DNA from: Candidatus Sericytochromatia bacterium
Lineage (GTDB): Bacteria > Cyanobacteriota > Sericytochromatia > S15B-MN24 > JAQBPE01
DNA: 64,000 nucleotides
Reading direction: 5' to 3'
NCBI GenBank assembly: GCA_035285125.1
Contig: JAYKHR010000145.1
Location: 14,653-78,652 of the forward strand
Position 1 is the first letter of the stretch. Every line of letters starts with the position of its first letter. Below are positions 18,520 to 29,000 of the stretch, piece after piece. The notes under the pieces are model-generated. The model was not told the origin of the DNA and did no database searches. It saw nothing but the letters and a program-made list of their open reading frames with translations. The position numbers and the translations under genes were made by a program.

Positions 18520-18975
18520 ATGGCCCTGACCCTTGCCCCTCGTCCGAACCCGGCCACCTGGCTGTGGCTGCTCTCCGCCCTGTTCCTGGCACGCGTGCTA
18601 GGGCAGATGGCGGTGGCCTTCGCGGGCGTGACATGGCTGCCTCCGATGCCCGAGTGGTACTCCGGGCTGCTGCCCTACCCGGTGCTGCTGCCGACCCAGT
18701 GGCTCATCTTGAGCCTGATGCTCCACCTCAACCGCCAGGCCACCCGCCAGCAGGGCTGGGCCACGGTGCTGCGGCCGCGGCTCGGCCGGGGCCTGCTGGC
18801 CTTCGCGGCCCTTTACGCGGGCGGGATGGTGGTGCGCTACGTCGTGAGCGGCGAGCTGCACCCTGAGCGCCGCTGGTGGCCCCCGGGCAGCATCCCGATC
18901 GTGTTCCACCTGGTGCTCGCCCGCTACCTCGCCGTCGTCGCCAGCGTCTGCCGGCAACCGCTGGAGGCGCGATGA
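18520..18975 (+). CDS. 4-TM membrane protein
   Basis: Hydrophobic helices; WLPPMPEWYSGLLPYPVLL; ATGA-coupled to the next gene. Confidence 0.75.
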   Translation: MALTLAPRPNPATWLWLLSALFLARVLGQMAVAFAGVTWLPPMPEWYSGLLPYPVLLPTQWLILSLMLHLNRQATRQQGWATVLRPRLGRGLLAFAALYAGGMVVRYVVSGELHPERRWWPPGSIPIVFHLVLARYLAVVASVCRQPLEAR

Positions 18976-20747
18976 GGTCGGCCGCATTGCTGCTCGCCGG
19001 CCTGACGCTGGCGGACGTCGTGAGCTGGCTGCCCGCGGACCTCACGCTGGCGCTCGTGCAGGGCCCCCTGGGCGTGCGCCCCCCCGCGCACGCCATCACG
19101 ACCGAGGAGGTCGTCGACATCCCGATGCGCGACAGCGTCAAGCTCGCAGCCACGGTCAGCCACCCTGCCGCGCCCGGGCCTCACCCGACGCTGATGGTGC
19201 GCCTGCCCCTGTCGCAGACCAGGCTGCACCGGGCCTTTTCGGAGCTGCTGCGGACCTTCTGGGGCACGCGTGGCTACCACGTGGTGATCGCCCCCGTGCG
19301 GGGCCGACCGCCCTCTGGCGGGCGCTTCTCACCCCTCGAGCCGGAGCGCGAGGACGGCCTCGACACGCTGGCCTGGCTGGCGCGGCAGCCCTGGTACGAC
19401 GGGCACCTCGGGATGTGGGGGGGCTCCTCGTTCGGCTACACCCAGTGGGCGGTGGCCGACCAGCCGGCCCCCATCGGCCCTTCGGCCTGCTGTATCCAGC
19501 TGTGCAGCACCAGCCACCGCGAGATGTTCCACCCCGGCGGCGCCTTCTCGCTGCAGTCGGCGCTCTACTGGGCCCGGACGGATCGAGGCGACGCCGACGT
19601 GTTCCCGAGCGAGGCCGAGCTCGCGCCAGGGCTGGCCGCCTGGCCGGTGCTCGACGCGGACGACCGCAGCGGCGGCCCGGCGCCCCCCTTCGACGACTGG
19701 GCGGGCCGCCGCGCCCCTGACGCTTACTGGCGGCGCATCGACGGCGACAGGCGGCCGGAGCGGGTGCAGGCCCCCGTGCTGCTGATGGCAGGCTGGCACG
19801 ACCCCTACCTGCCCACCCAGCTGGCCGACTTCGAACGGCTGCAACTCGAGGCCCCGGGCGACGTGGCCGCCGAGAGCCGCCTGATCGTGGGGCCCTGGAC
19901 GCACGCCCGCGAGGTCACGCTGCCGGGCGGCCATCAGCCGGGCGACTACAGGCTCGCGATGCTGGCCCAGAGCCTGCCGTTCTACGACCGCCTACTGCGG
20001 CCGGCCGGCGTGCCCGTGCCGGAGCCGGGCCCGCGGGTGTGGCTGTACGTGATGGGGGAGAACCGCTGGCGCGCGGAGGAGGCGTGGCCACTGGCCCGGG
20101 CCCGCCGCACGCCGCTATACCTCCACGCGGAGAGGCCCGCCAACACCGCTGACGGCGCTGGCCGGCTCGCCTGGGAGATGCCCGGGGACCAGCCGCCCGA
20201 CACCTTCGCCTACGACCCCCGCGACCCCGTCCCGAGCCGGGGGGGGGCCATGCTGGGGCTGCCCGGCGTGAACGGGGTGCAGCGGCAAAACGACGTCGAA
20301 CAACGGCGAGACGTGCTGGTCTACACCACCGAGGCGCTGCCGCGGCCGCTCGAGGTGACGGGCCCCGTGGAGGCCGACATGTGGGTGGAGACCACGGCGC
20401 CTGCCACCGACTTCACGGCCAAGCTGGTCGACGTGCTGCCGAACGGCGATGCCTTCAACGTGTCGGAGGGCATCCTACGGCGCAGCTACGCGGGGCAGCG
20501 CGGCCCCACGCGCATCACGGTCCAGCTCTGGCCGACCAGCTACGTCTTTCAGCCCGGTCACCGCCTGCGCCTCGAGGTCAGCAGCAGCAGCTTCCCGCGG
20601 TTCGATCGCCACCCCAACACGGCCGAGCCCGTCGAGACCGCCACCGCCGTGGCGATCGCGACCCAGCGCGTGCACCACTCGGCCCGCTGGCTCTCGGCGC
20701 TGTGGCTGCCCGTCATCCCCCCCACCAGCGAAGGAGAGAGCCCATGA
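18972..20747 (+). CDS. CocE/NonD family serine hydrolase
   Basis: IPMRDSVKL, GMWGGSSFG, AGWHD, IVGPWTH, RRDVLVYTT, SSSFPRFDRHPNT. Confidence 0.9.
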   Translation: MRSAALLLAGLTLADVVSWLPADLTLALVQGPLGVRPPAHAITTEEVVDIPMRDSVKLAATVSHPAAPGPHPTLMVRLPLSQTRLHRAFSELLRTFWGTRGYHVVIAPVRGRPPSGGRFSPLEPEREDGLDTLAWLARQPWYDGHLGMWGGSSFGYTQWAVADQPAPIGPSACCIQLCSTSHREMFHPGGAFSLQSALYWARTDRGDADVFPSEAELAPGLAAWPVLDADDRSGGPAPPFDDWAGRRAPDAYWRRIDGDRRPERVQAPVLLMAGWHDPYLPTQLADFERLQLEAPGDVAAESRLIVGPWTHAREVTLPGGHQPGDYRLAMLAQSLPFYDRLLRPAGVPVPEPGPRVWLYVMGENRWRAEEAWPLARARRTPLYLHAERPANTADGAGRLAWEMPGDQPPDTFAYDPRDPVPSRGGAMLGLPGVNGVQRQNDVEQRRDVLVYTTEALPRPLEVTGPVEADMWVETTAPATDFTAKLVDVLPNGDAFNVSEGILRRSYAGQRGPTRITVQLWPTSYVFQPGHRLRLEVSSSSFPRFDRHPNTAEPVETATAVAIATQRVHHSARWLSALWLPVIPPTSEGESP

Positions 20748-21454
20748 CGTTGCGCGCCGCCATCGAAGCCCGCTACGCGGCCAGCACCGCCGAGCTGGTC
20801 GCGCTCGCGGAGTTCCAGCGCCTCGAGCGCGGCGAGGTTGGCCACGAGGCCTACGACCTGTTCCTCGCCAACGTGATCCGGGCCCACCTCAAGAGCCCCA
20901 AGATCCTGGCGTTCCTGTACTCGGCCTCCGCGCCTAAGGCCAGCGCCGACCTGCTGCACAACATGCTGGAGGAGCTCGGCGTCGAGGAGGAGGACGGCAC
21001 CAGCCACCCGGAGCTGCTGCGCAGGCTCGCCCACGGCGCGGGGCTCGGCGAGGCCCTGCCGGGCCTGGAGCAGCTGGCCGACGACGACCTCAAGGCCATC
21101 GTCGTCGAGCCGCTGATGTACGGGACGCTGCGGGACGTGGCGCTCGCCGTGCTGATCGAGACGATCGCCTACGAGTGGATGCTGTCGCGCACCTCGGGGC
21201 GAATCGCCGCCTTCCTGCAGGTGCACCGGGGCCTCGATGCGGCCACGCTGGCCTGGTTCTCGCACCACTCGGAGGTGGACGTCCGGCATGCCGAGGAGGG
21301 CCTCGACGCCATCGCCCGCACCGTCGACTACTACGCGATCCCGACCGAGGACGCCGAGACCATCCTCGAGCTCACGATGCGCGAGAACGTGTTCATCAAG
21401 CGGTACTTCGGCGAGCTCACGCATGACCGCCTGGCCCTGATGGCGCGCCGATGA
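20744..21454 (+). CDS. heme-oxygenase-like diiron enzyme (HDO; CADD/PqqC/TenA fold)
   Basis: NMLEELG..SHPELL, AYE and HHSEVDVRH ligand pattern; ATGA overlaps on both sides. Confidence 0.8.
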   Translation: MTLRAAIEARYAASTAELVALAEFQRLERGEVGHEAYDLFLANVIRAHLKSPKILAFLYSASAPKASADLLHNMLEELGVEEEDGTSHPELLRRLAHGAGLGEALPGLEQLADDDLKAIVVEPLMYGTLRDVALAVLIETIAYEWMLSRTSGRIAAFLQVHRGLDAATLAWFSHHSEVDVRHAEEGLDAIARTVDYYAIPTEDAETILELTMRENVFIKRYFGELTHDRLALMARR

Positions 21455-22599
21455 GCCTCGTGGGCCTCGACCTCCACCTGCTCGGCATCCCGTTCGTCGA
21501 GAGCTTCAGCCACAGCGCCTCTGACCGGGCCTTCTCGGACACCGTGCTGGTGCGGGTGACCGACGCGGAGGGCCGCACGGGGTGGGGCGAGGGCATTGCC
21601 CGGGCCTACGTCACGGGCGAGACGCCGGAGGGGCTCGTGGCCCACCTGGCCGAGCGCCTCTGGCCGCTCGTCGCCGGCCGACCGCTGCCCGAGCTGCGCG
21701 GCCCTGAGGACCTGCTGGCGCTCGAGGCCTGGCTCCCCGACCTCGAGGAGCCGGGGGTCGTGGCCGCGCACGGCGCCCGCTGTGCGCTGGAGCTGGCGGT
21801 GCTGGACCTCGTGCTCAGGCGGCAAGGGATGCCGGCCTCCCGGCTGCTGCCGCCCGCCCGGCAGACGGTGACCTACTCCGGCGTGATCACGGCAGGGGAC
21901 CCGGCCCGGGCCGCCGTGCACGCGCGCCAGATGAAGCTGGTCGGGCTGCGCGAGGTGAAGGTCAAGGTCGGCGACCCGGACGACCTCGCCCGCGTCGCGG
22001 CGGTGCGACAGATCTGGGGCGAGGGCGTGGCGCTGCGCCTGGACGCCAACGCAGCCTGGGACCTGGAGACGGCCGTCGCGCGGCTGCAGGCGATGGCCTG
22101 CTTCGGGCCCGTGGCCGTCGAGCAGCCCCTGCCGCGCGGGCGGCTCGCTGACTGGCAGGCCCTGCGGGCCCGCGTGCCCGTGCCCGTGATGGTGGACGAG
22201 TCGCTCGTGACCGTCGCGGACGCCGAGGCGCTCATCCACGCCCGGGCCACCGACATGTTCAATGTTCGCGTCTCCAAGAACGGGGGCCTGGCCCGGGCAT
22301 GGCGCATCGCGAACCTCGCGCTGCGCGCCGGCCTGCGGGTGCAGGTGGGGGCGCAGGTCGGGGAGACGGCGCTGCTCTCAGCAGCCGGGCGTCACCTCGC
22401 GGCGGCCCTGCCGGAGCTGGCCCATGCGGAGGGCTCGTTCGGCACGCTGCTGCTCACGGAGGACGTCTCGGCCAGCCCCGTGAAGTTCGGCCACCGGGGC
22501 GAGGCCCCCCTGCTGCGCGGCCACGGGCTCGGCGTGGTGGTCGCGGAGGATCGCGTCGGGAAGTACACGCGGCTGCACCGGCACGAGGCAGCCCCGTGA
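21451..22599 (+). CDS. enolase-superfamily enzyme (muconate-lactonizing/dipeptide epimerase subgroup)
   Basis: KVKVG, LRLDANAAW, VEQP, MVDES, NVRVSKNGG. Confidence 0.88.
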   Translation: MSLVGLDLHLLGIPFVESFSHSASDRAFSDTVLVRVTDAEGRTGWGEGIARAYVTGETPEGLVAHLAERLWPLVAGRPLPELRGPEDLLALEAWLPDLEEPGVVAAHGARCALELAVLDLVLRRQGMPASRLLPPARQTVTYSGVITAGDPARAAVHARQMKLVGLREVKVKVGDPDDLARVAAVRQIWGEGVALRLDANAAWDLETAVARLQAMACFGPVAVEQPLPRGRLADWQALRARVPVPVMVDESLVTVADAEALIHARATDMFNVRVSKNGGLARAWRIANLALRAGLRVQVGAQVGETALLSAAGRHLAAALPELAHAEGSFGTLLLTEDVSASPVKFGHRGEAPLLRGHGLGVVVAEDRVGKYTRLHRHEAAP

Positions 22600-24290
22600 G
22601 GCCCTCGCCCGGCCTCCTGATCCGCGCGTTCGGTGCCCTGCGCTTCGCGCACTTCGAGCGGGCCTGCCAGGACCCCCGGGCGTCACAGGCCCGTGCGCTG
22701 GCCCGCTACACCCGGCTGGCCCACGACACGGCCTTCGGCCGCGCGCACGGGCTGACGCCCCACGAGACGCCCGAGAGCTTCGCGGCCAAGGTGCCGATCC
22801 GAGACTACGAGGGCTTCCGGCCCTACGTCGCCCGCACGATGGCCGGCGAGCCCCGCGTGCTCGCCCCCGACGCCCCCACGTGGTACGTCACGACCAGCGG
22901 CACCACGGGCGAGCCCAAGTACATCCCGGTCACGCCGCGCTGGTACGGGGCGCTGCGTCGCCAGCTCGGGCTCTGGCTGTACGGCGTGGCGCGCGACCAC
23001 CCGGGCACCTTCGACGGCGCCCTGCTCACGATCGTGAGCCCGGCCGTGGAGGGTCACACCGCCGCGGGCACGCCCTGCGGCTCGATGTCCGGGCTGACGA
23101 ACCAGCGGGCGCCCGGCTGGCTCCGCAGCCACTACGCGGTGCCGCAGGCGCTGGCCTGGATCGCCGACCACGAGGCCCGCTACGCGGCCTGTCTGCGCCT
23201 GGCGATGCAGCGGCCCCTGTCGCTGGTGATGACGCCCAACCCCTCGACGCTGCTGCGGCTCGCGGCCGTGCTGGAGGCTCAGGCGGATACGCTGCTGGCC
23301 GCCCTCGCGGCAGGGACGCTGGGCCAGCCGTGGCCGGCGCTCATGGACCTGCCGGGCGTGGACCCGGACGCCGTGCGCGAGGCCCTGACGACCCGCCTGA
23401 GCCCCGATCCGGCGCGCGCCCGCGCCATCGCCGCGCGGGCTTCCCGCGCCGGCAGGCTCCTGCCCGCCCATGTCTGGCCCGAGCTGCGCTTCATCGGCAC
23501 CTGGCTGGGGGGCTCCGTCGGCCTGCATGCCCCCCGGCTGCGGCAGGCCTGGGGCGAGACCGCGGCGATGCGTGACCTCGGCCTGCTCGCGAGCGAGGGC
23601 CGCCTGACGGTGCCACTCACCGACGACACTCCCGTCGGGCCCCTCGACGTGCTCGGGAACTACTACGAGTTCATCCCGGAGGACGCCCTCGACGCGCCAC
23701 ACCCGCCGGTGCTGGGGGCCCACCAGCTCGAAGTCGGCGCCCGCTACTACGTCATCCTGACGAGCGGCAACGGGCTGCCCCGGTACGACCTTCACGACGT
23801 GGTCGAGGTGCGCGGGCACCACCACCGCACGCCCTGCGTCGCCTTCCTGCGCAAGGGCCGCGACATGCTCAGCCTGACGGGTGAAAAGCTGCACGTGAAC
23901 CAGCTGCTCGCGGCGGTCGCTGCTGCCAGCGAGGCCGCGGGCCTGGGCGTGCGGCAGTGCCGCCTCGTGGGCGACGCGGCGGCCATCGCCTACGACTTGC
24001 TCGTCGAGCCCTGGGAGCCCCCGGGCGCCGCCGACGCGCTGCCGACCTTCGCCAGGGTGCTCGACGCCCGCCTCGCCGAGCTCAACGTCGAGTATGCCAG
24101 CAAGCGGGCCTCAGGCCGCCTGCCGGCGCCTCGGGTGTGCCTGATGCGCCCCGGCTGGTCGGAGGCGCTCACGGCCGTGGCCCTCGCGGCTGGCGTGCGG
24201 GACGCCCAGCTCAAGTGGAAGGTGCTGGCCGACGCTTGGGACGCGACGAGCCCGGCCTGGGTGGCCGAGGTGGCTGGAGACGCCCGGTAG
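22596..24290 (+). CDS. GH3 family acyl acid amido synthetase
   Basis: TAFGRAHG, VPIRDYEGF, TTSGTTGEPKYIP, LASEG, YYEFIP, RYDLHD, TGEKL; GTGA overlap. Confidence 0.9.
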   Translation: MRPSPGLLIRAFGALRFAHFERACQDPRASQARALARYTRLAHDTAFGRAHGLTPHETPESFAAKVPIRDYEGFRPYVARTMAGEPRVLAPDAPTWYVTTSGTTGEPKYIPVTPRWYGALRRQLGLWLYGVARDHPGTFDGALLTIVSPAVEGHTAAGTPCGSMSGLTNQRAPGWLRSHYAVPQALAWIADHEARYAACLRLAMQRPLSLVMTPNPSTLLRLAAVLEAQADTLLAALAAGTLGQPWPALMDLPGVDPDAVREALTTRLSPDPARARAIAARASRAGRLLPAHVWPELRFIGTWLGGSVGLHAPRLRQAWGETAAMRDLGLLASEGRLTVPLTDDTPVGPLDVLGNYYEFIPEDALDAPHPPVLGAHQLEVGARYYVILTSGNGLPRYDLHDVVEVRGHHHRTPCVAFLRKGRDMLSLTGEKLHVNQLLAAVAAASEAAGLGVRQCRLVGDAAAIAYDLLVEPWEPPGAADALPTFARVLDARLAELNVEYASKRASGRLPAPRVCLMRPGWSEALTAVALAAGVRDAQLKWKVLADAWDATSPAWVAEVAGDAR

Positions 24291-24331
24291 GCCCCTGGAT
24301 TTCTACACCCGGCTGCGATACAACCCCTCCC

Positions 24332-25543
24332 ATGCGCCGCCTCGCCCTGACGCTCGCCACCCTCGCGCTGTGCCCGACGGCCGCGCACGCAGCCGAGGAG
24401 CCCGATTTCTCGTGGCTCAACGGCGTGAACCCGCAGCGCGTGGCGCCGCTGCGCACGGGTCCGCTCACGTGGACCTTCCTGATCGACAGCTACTACGGGC
24501 AGGCGTTGAACCAGCCCGCTGACCACACGGTCTTCCCGACGACCACGGCCCCGCGCCACCACGAGTTCGCGCTGAACCTCGGGCTCGTCGGGCTGGAGGT
24601 CACGGAGCACGAGGGGCTGTTCGGCAAGCTGGTGTTCCAGGGCGGGACCTACGTCGACACGATCTTCGGCGGCGACCCGACGGTGAGCCGCGGCGCCTAC
24701 AACACGCTGGGCTCCTTGCGGCATGTCCAGCAGGCCTGGGCCGGCCACCGCTTCCCGGTGCTCTCGGGGCTGAACCTGGTAATGGGGCTGTTCCCGGCCT
24801 ACATCGGGCTCGACAGCTACATCCCGCAGGAGAACTGGAGCTACACCCACAACCTGTGCAGCGACTTCACGCCTTATTACTTGCAGGGCCTGATGGCGCA
24901 GCTCTTTCCGCGGCCGGAGCTCAAGACCGAGGTCTGGCTCGTCAACGGGTGGCAGACGCTCGGCAAGGTCGGCGAGGGCTTCGGCCTGGGCTACAGCGTG
25001 AACTGGCGGCCGCACGACCGCCTGAGCCTGACGCACAACGTCCTCGGCGGCCAACTGGGCGCGGACCCGACGCGCCACCGCTTCTTCACCGACAACTCGG
25101 TGCAGTGGCGTTACGCCGTGCAACCCACGCCCTGGCTGCGTCACCTGGCGCTGGCGGCGGTGGCGGACCTCGGCCACGAGGGCGCCTCCACCCAGGCGGG
25201 AGGGGCCCCTGCGACCTTCTTCGGCGGCGGCGGGCTGCTGCACCGCGCCGTCCTCGACGACAACTGGGCGGTGACGCTGCGGGCGAGCACCTTCAACGAC
25301 CCCCAGCGGCTCGTGGCGCTGGTGCCCCCGTCGGGGGCCGGCGGGGGCGCCCCGCTGTGGGCCAGCGAGGCCACGCTGACGCTCGATCACAGCCCGTCAC
25401 CCTGGATGCTGTACCGGCTGGAGGCCCGCCAGGACTGGGCCAGCACGCCCTATATCGCGGGGCCGGGCGGCGTGACGGGGAACGCCCCGGACCTGCGCAC
25501 GGCCGGGGGGCGGGTGGTGTGGAATGCGACGGTGAGGTTCTAG
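24332..25543 (+). CDS. outer-membrane beta-barrel porin (BBP2/DUF1597-like)
   Basis: Signal peptide; ENWSYT, DFTPYYLQG, LVNGWQ; C-terminal ATVRF. Confidence 0.8.
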   Translation: MRRLALTLATLALCPTAAHAAEEPDFSWLNGVNPQRVAPLRTGPLTWTFLIDSYYGQALNQPADHTVFPTTTAPRHHEFALNLGLVGLEVTEHEGLFGKLVFQGGTYVDTIFGGDPTVSRGAYNTLGSLRHVQQAWAGHRFPVLSGLNLVMGLFPAYIGLDSYIPQENWSYTHNLCSDFTPYYLQGLMAQLFPRPELKTEVWLVNGWQTLGKVGEGFGLGYSVNWRPHDRLSLTHNVLGGQLGADPTRHRFFTDNSVQWRYAVQPTPWLRHLALAAVADLGHEGASTQAGGAPATFFGGGGLLHRAVLDDNWAVTLRASTFNDPQRLVALVPPSGAGGGAPLWASEATLTLDHSPSPWMLYRLEARQDWASTPYIAGPGGVTGNAPDLRTAGGRVVWNATVRF

Positions 25544-25585
25544 GCCCGCGCGCCCGGAAGCGGTCGGGAGCCCAGGCAGCCCCCG

Positions 25586-26026
25586 TCAGGCGATCGCCTC
25601 GGCCAGCGCCACAATGACCCCCGCCGGCCCTCGCATGTAGCAGAGCCTGTAAAACGCCTCGTACTGCACCACCTCGCCCATCAGCACCGCGCCGTGGGGG
25701 CGCAGGCGGGCCATGGCGGCATCGAGGTCGTCGACCTCGAACATGAGCTGCCGCAGGCCCAGCGCGTTCGGCGGGGCGATCGCCGGCTGCAGCGGGACCA
25801 GCCCCGGGTGGCGGTACCGCGTGAGTTCCAGCTGCCCATGGCCGTCTGGCGTCCGCATCATCGCGATGTCCGCCTGACAGCCCTCCAGCCCACACAGGCG
25901 GTCGACCCAGGGGCCCTCGACGGCAGCCTCGCCCACCAGGCTCAGGCCGAGCGCCTCGAAGAAGGCGATGGCCGCCGGGAGGTCATCGACGACCACGGTG
26001 GTGTGGTCGAGCTTCAGGCGCGTCAT
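25586..26026 (-). CDS. VOC/glyoxalase family protein
   Basis: VVVDDLPAAIAFFEALG, MRTPDGHGQLEL, YRLCYMRGP; extended -10 TGCTACACT 6 nt before ATG. Confidence 0.9.
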   Translation of the reverse strand: MTRLKLDHTTVVVDDLPAAIAFFEALGLSLVGEAAVEGPWVDRLCGLEGCQADIAMMRTPDGHGQLELTRYRHPGLVPLQPAIAPPNALGLRQLMFEVDDLDAAMARLRPHGAVLMGEVVQYEAFYRLCYMRGPAGVIVALAEAIA

Positions 26027-26084
26027 GCCCCCAGTGTAGCAGGCCCGGTGGCGTGCCCTGCTGGCTCCAGGGTATAGAGCGGGT

Positions 26085-29000
26085 GTGACAACGCCCCCCC
26101 CCGATCGGTTCACCAACCGCTACCGCGTGCTCGACACCCTCGGCGAAGGCGCCATGGGCGTGGTGTATCGCGTCGCCGACGTGCTGGACGGTCGGGCGGA
26201 ACGCGCGTTGAAGGTGTTCAAGCCCGCGGCGGAGGCCGACGACGCCGAGGCCCGCCTGCGGTTCCGGGCCGAGTTCCACGCGATGTCCCGGCTGGGTCAC
26301 CCCAACACGACGGAGGTGCTTGACTACGGCGAGCTGCCGAACGGCACGCTGTACATCGTGATGGAGCTCGTGCCCGGCCAGGAGCTCATGGAGGTGATCG
26401 GTGGCCGCCCGATGCCGCTCGAGGCGTGCTACCCGGTGCTGGCGCAGGTGCTGCAGGCCCTGGACTACATCCACGCCCGGCAGTTCCTGCACCGCGACAT
26501 CAAGGCGGCCAACGTCCGCGTCCGGCCGGACGGCGTGGTGAAGGTGATGGACTTCGGCCTGATGGGCCACGCCTCCCACGAGACCTCGCGGGCCGTCAGC
26601 GGCACGCCGGGCTACATGGCCCCGGAGATCCCGCTGGGCGGCGCCATCACCCCCGCGGTGGACCTCTATGCCGTCGGCTGCCTGGCCTACGAGATGCTCA
26701 CGGGCACGCTCCCGTTTTCGGGCTCCCTGGGCGAGGTGGTCCGCGGCCACATGCGCGAGCCGCCGCCGTCGCTGGCGGCGCGTCGCCCCGAGCTGCCCCA
26801 GCCCCTGATCCGCCTCGTGGAGCGGCTGCTCGAGAAGGACCCCGCCCGCCGGCCACCGTCGGCCGGGCACGCCCTCGAGGAGCTCAGCGCCATCGCGGGC
26901 CTGCGCGCCACGCGCGCGAACGTGGAGCAGCAGCGCTCGTTCCTGGTCGCCAGCGAGCTTGTGGGGCGCGAGGCCGAGCTCGCCCGCCTGCAGGCGGGGC
27001 TGGACGACGCACTCGCGGGCCGCGGCAGCGCCCTGATGCTCGGGGCGCCCGCGGGCACCGGCAAGAGCCGGCTGGTGGCCGAGCTGAAGCTGCGGGCGCA
27101 GCTGGCAGGCTTCGTCGTGATGCACGGCCACTGCCACGAGGGCGGCATGGCGCCCTTCGAGGCCCTGCGCGAGGCCATCCGGCCGGCCCTGGCGCACGGG
27201 ACGCAGGAGGAGCGCGAGCAGTTCGCAGCACCCCTGGCGGCCCTCTTCCCCGAGTTCGGTGCGCCGGCGCAGGTGCGGGGCGCTCTGGTGGTCGAGCCTC
27301 TGCTGGCGTGGCTCGGGGGCCTGTCCGCGCGTTTGCCCCTGCTGCTCGTCGTCGATGACATGCACTGGGCCGATCAGGAGACGGTCGACGTCGTGAACCG
27401 CGGCATCCGCGAGGTGGGGGCGCACCGCGTGCTGTGCGTCTGCACCTTCCGCGACGACGAGACGCCGCCGGGCAGCAGCCTCTGGCACACGCTGGAGGAG
27501 GGCGCGAGCGAGCGCCTGAGCCTCGGCCCGCTCGATCGTGACGGCCAGGCGGCGCTGCTGACCTCGATGCTGCCGGGCGCCCAGGTCCCGGCAGGCTTCT
27601 CGGAGGGCCTGCTCCAGGCCACGGGCGGCAACCCGCTGTTCGTGCAGGCGGCCCTGAACGTGCTCCTCGAGGAGGGCCACCTGACACGCGACGGGAACAG
27701 CTGGCGCTTCCCGCTCGATCCCTCGGTGCTGGCCGGGCTCGAGCGGGTCGAGGCCAGCATCCAGCGCCGGCTGGCCCACCTGTCCCCCCGCTCGCGCGAG
27801 GTGCTCGACTGCGCCGCGGTGCTCGGCCGGCAGTGGACGCTCTGCACGCTGTCGGCCGTCACGGGGCTCGACGAGGACGCACTGTTCTGTGCCCTCGAGG
27901 ACCTGACGCACCGGCAGCTGCTGGCGCGAGGCGAGACGGGGGCCTGCCACTTCCCCCACGACCGCGTGCGGGAGGTGGCCCACGCGGCGCTGTCGCCAGC
28001 GGCCCGCGCAGCCCTGCACCTGCAGGCCGGCGAGGCCCTCGCCGCCAGGTCCGACGCCGACGCCCACGCCCGCGAGCTCGGTCGCCACTTCCTCGAGGGC
28101 GGTGACGACGCCCGGGCCTGGCGCTGGTTGGCGCGGGCCGGCCACCAGGCGCTGGCCGCCGGGGCGAGCTACACGGCGCTCGAGCACTTCCGCGACGCCG
28201 ACCAGGCCCTGGCCCGCCTGCCGGGGGACCACCTCGCCGACCAGCTGCCGATGTGGCTGCTGGTGGGGCAGCACGGCTTCAACATCGCCACGGGCCTGGC
28301 CGCGCAGATGCTGCAGCGGGCGCTGGCCGCCCTGGAGGCGGACCCGGCCCGCGTCGCGGAGGTCCTGCGGCCGCTGGGGCGCAGCGTGGGGGAGATCCAC
28401 GTCCTGTACGCGGCCGCGATGGGGCTGTGGGGGGAGCCCGCCCTGGCCCTGGCGGCCGTGGCGAAGCTGGAGGCGATCGCCCCGCGCGACGGCTCGCCCG
28501 CGAGCGCCATGCCCCTGGTGGCCGCGCTGCCCGCGCTGTTCGTGGCCGGCCGGCTCGATGCCACGCTGGCCCGGGCCAGGATGGCATCGAGCCTGCTCGC
28601 GGGGCCCCTGTCTCCCGGCACGCCCGCCCTGGTGCACACCATGCGGGTCGCGGCGATGGGCGCCCAGAACGTCCTGGCCTTTCAGGGCCTCCGGCCAGAC
28701 CCCGCCATCCGTGATCAGGCCCTCGCTTACGCGCGCGAGCTCGGCGACGACGACCCGTACCTGCCCTGGTTCTACTTCGGCGTCTGGGCCGCCTGGACGG
28801 GGCACAGCGCAGAGCTCGACGTCTACCTGGAGCGGACGGCGCGGAAGAACCGCAAGCTGGGTGGCCCCCCCCACGTCTGGCTGCTGTACCTGGCCCCCTA
28901 CATCCGCTGGCTGCGCGGCGAGACCGAGGGGGCGCTCGAGCAGATCGAGCGCAACCTCGCCATCCACCCCCACCTGAGCGAGCATGGGCTCACCCACATG

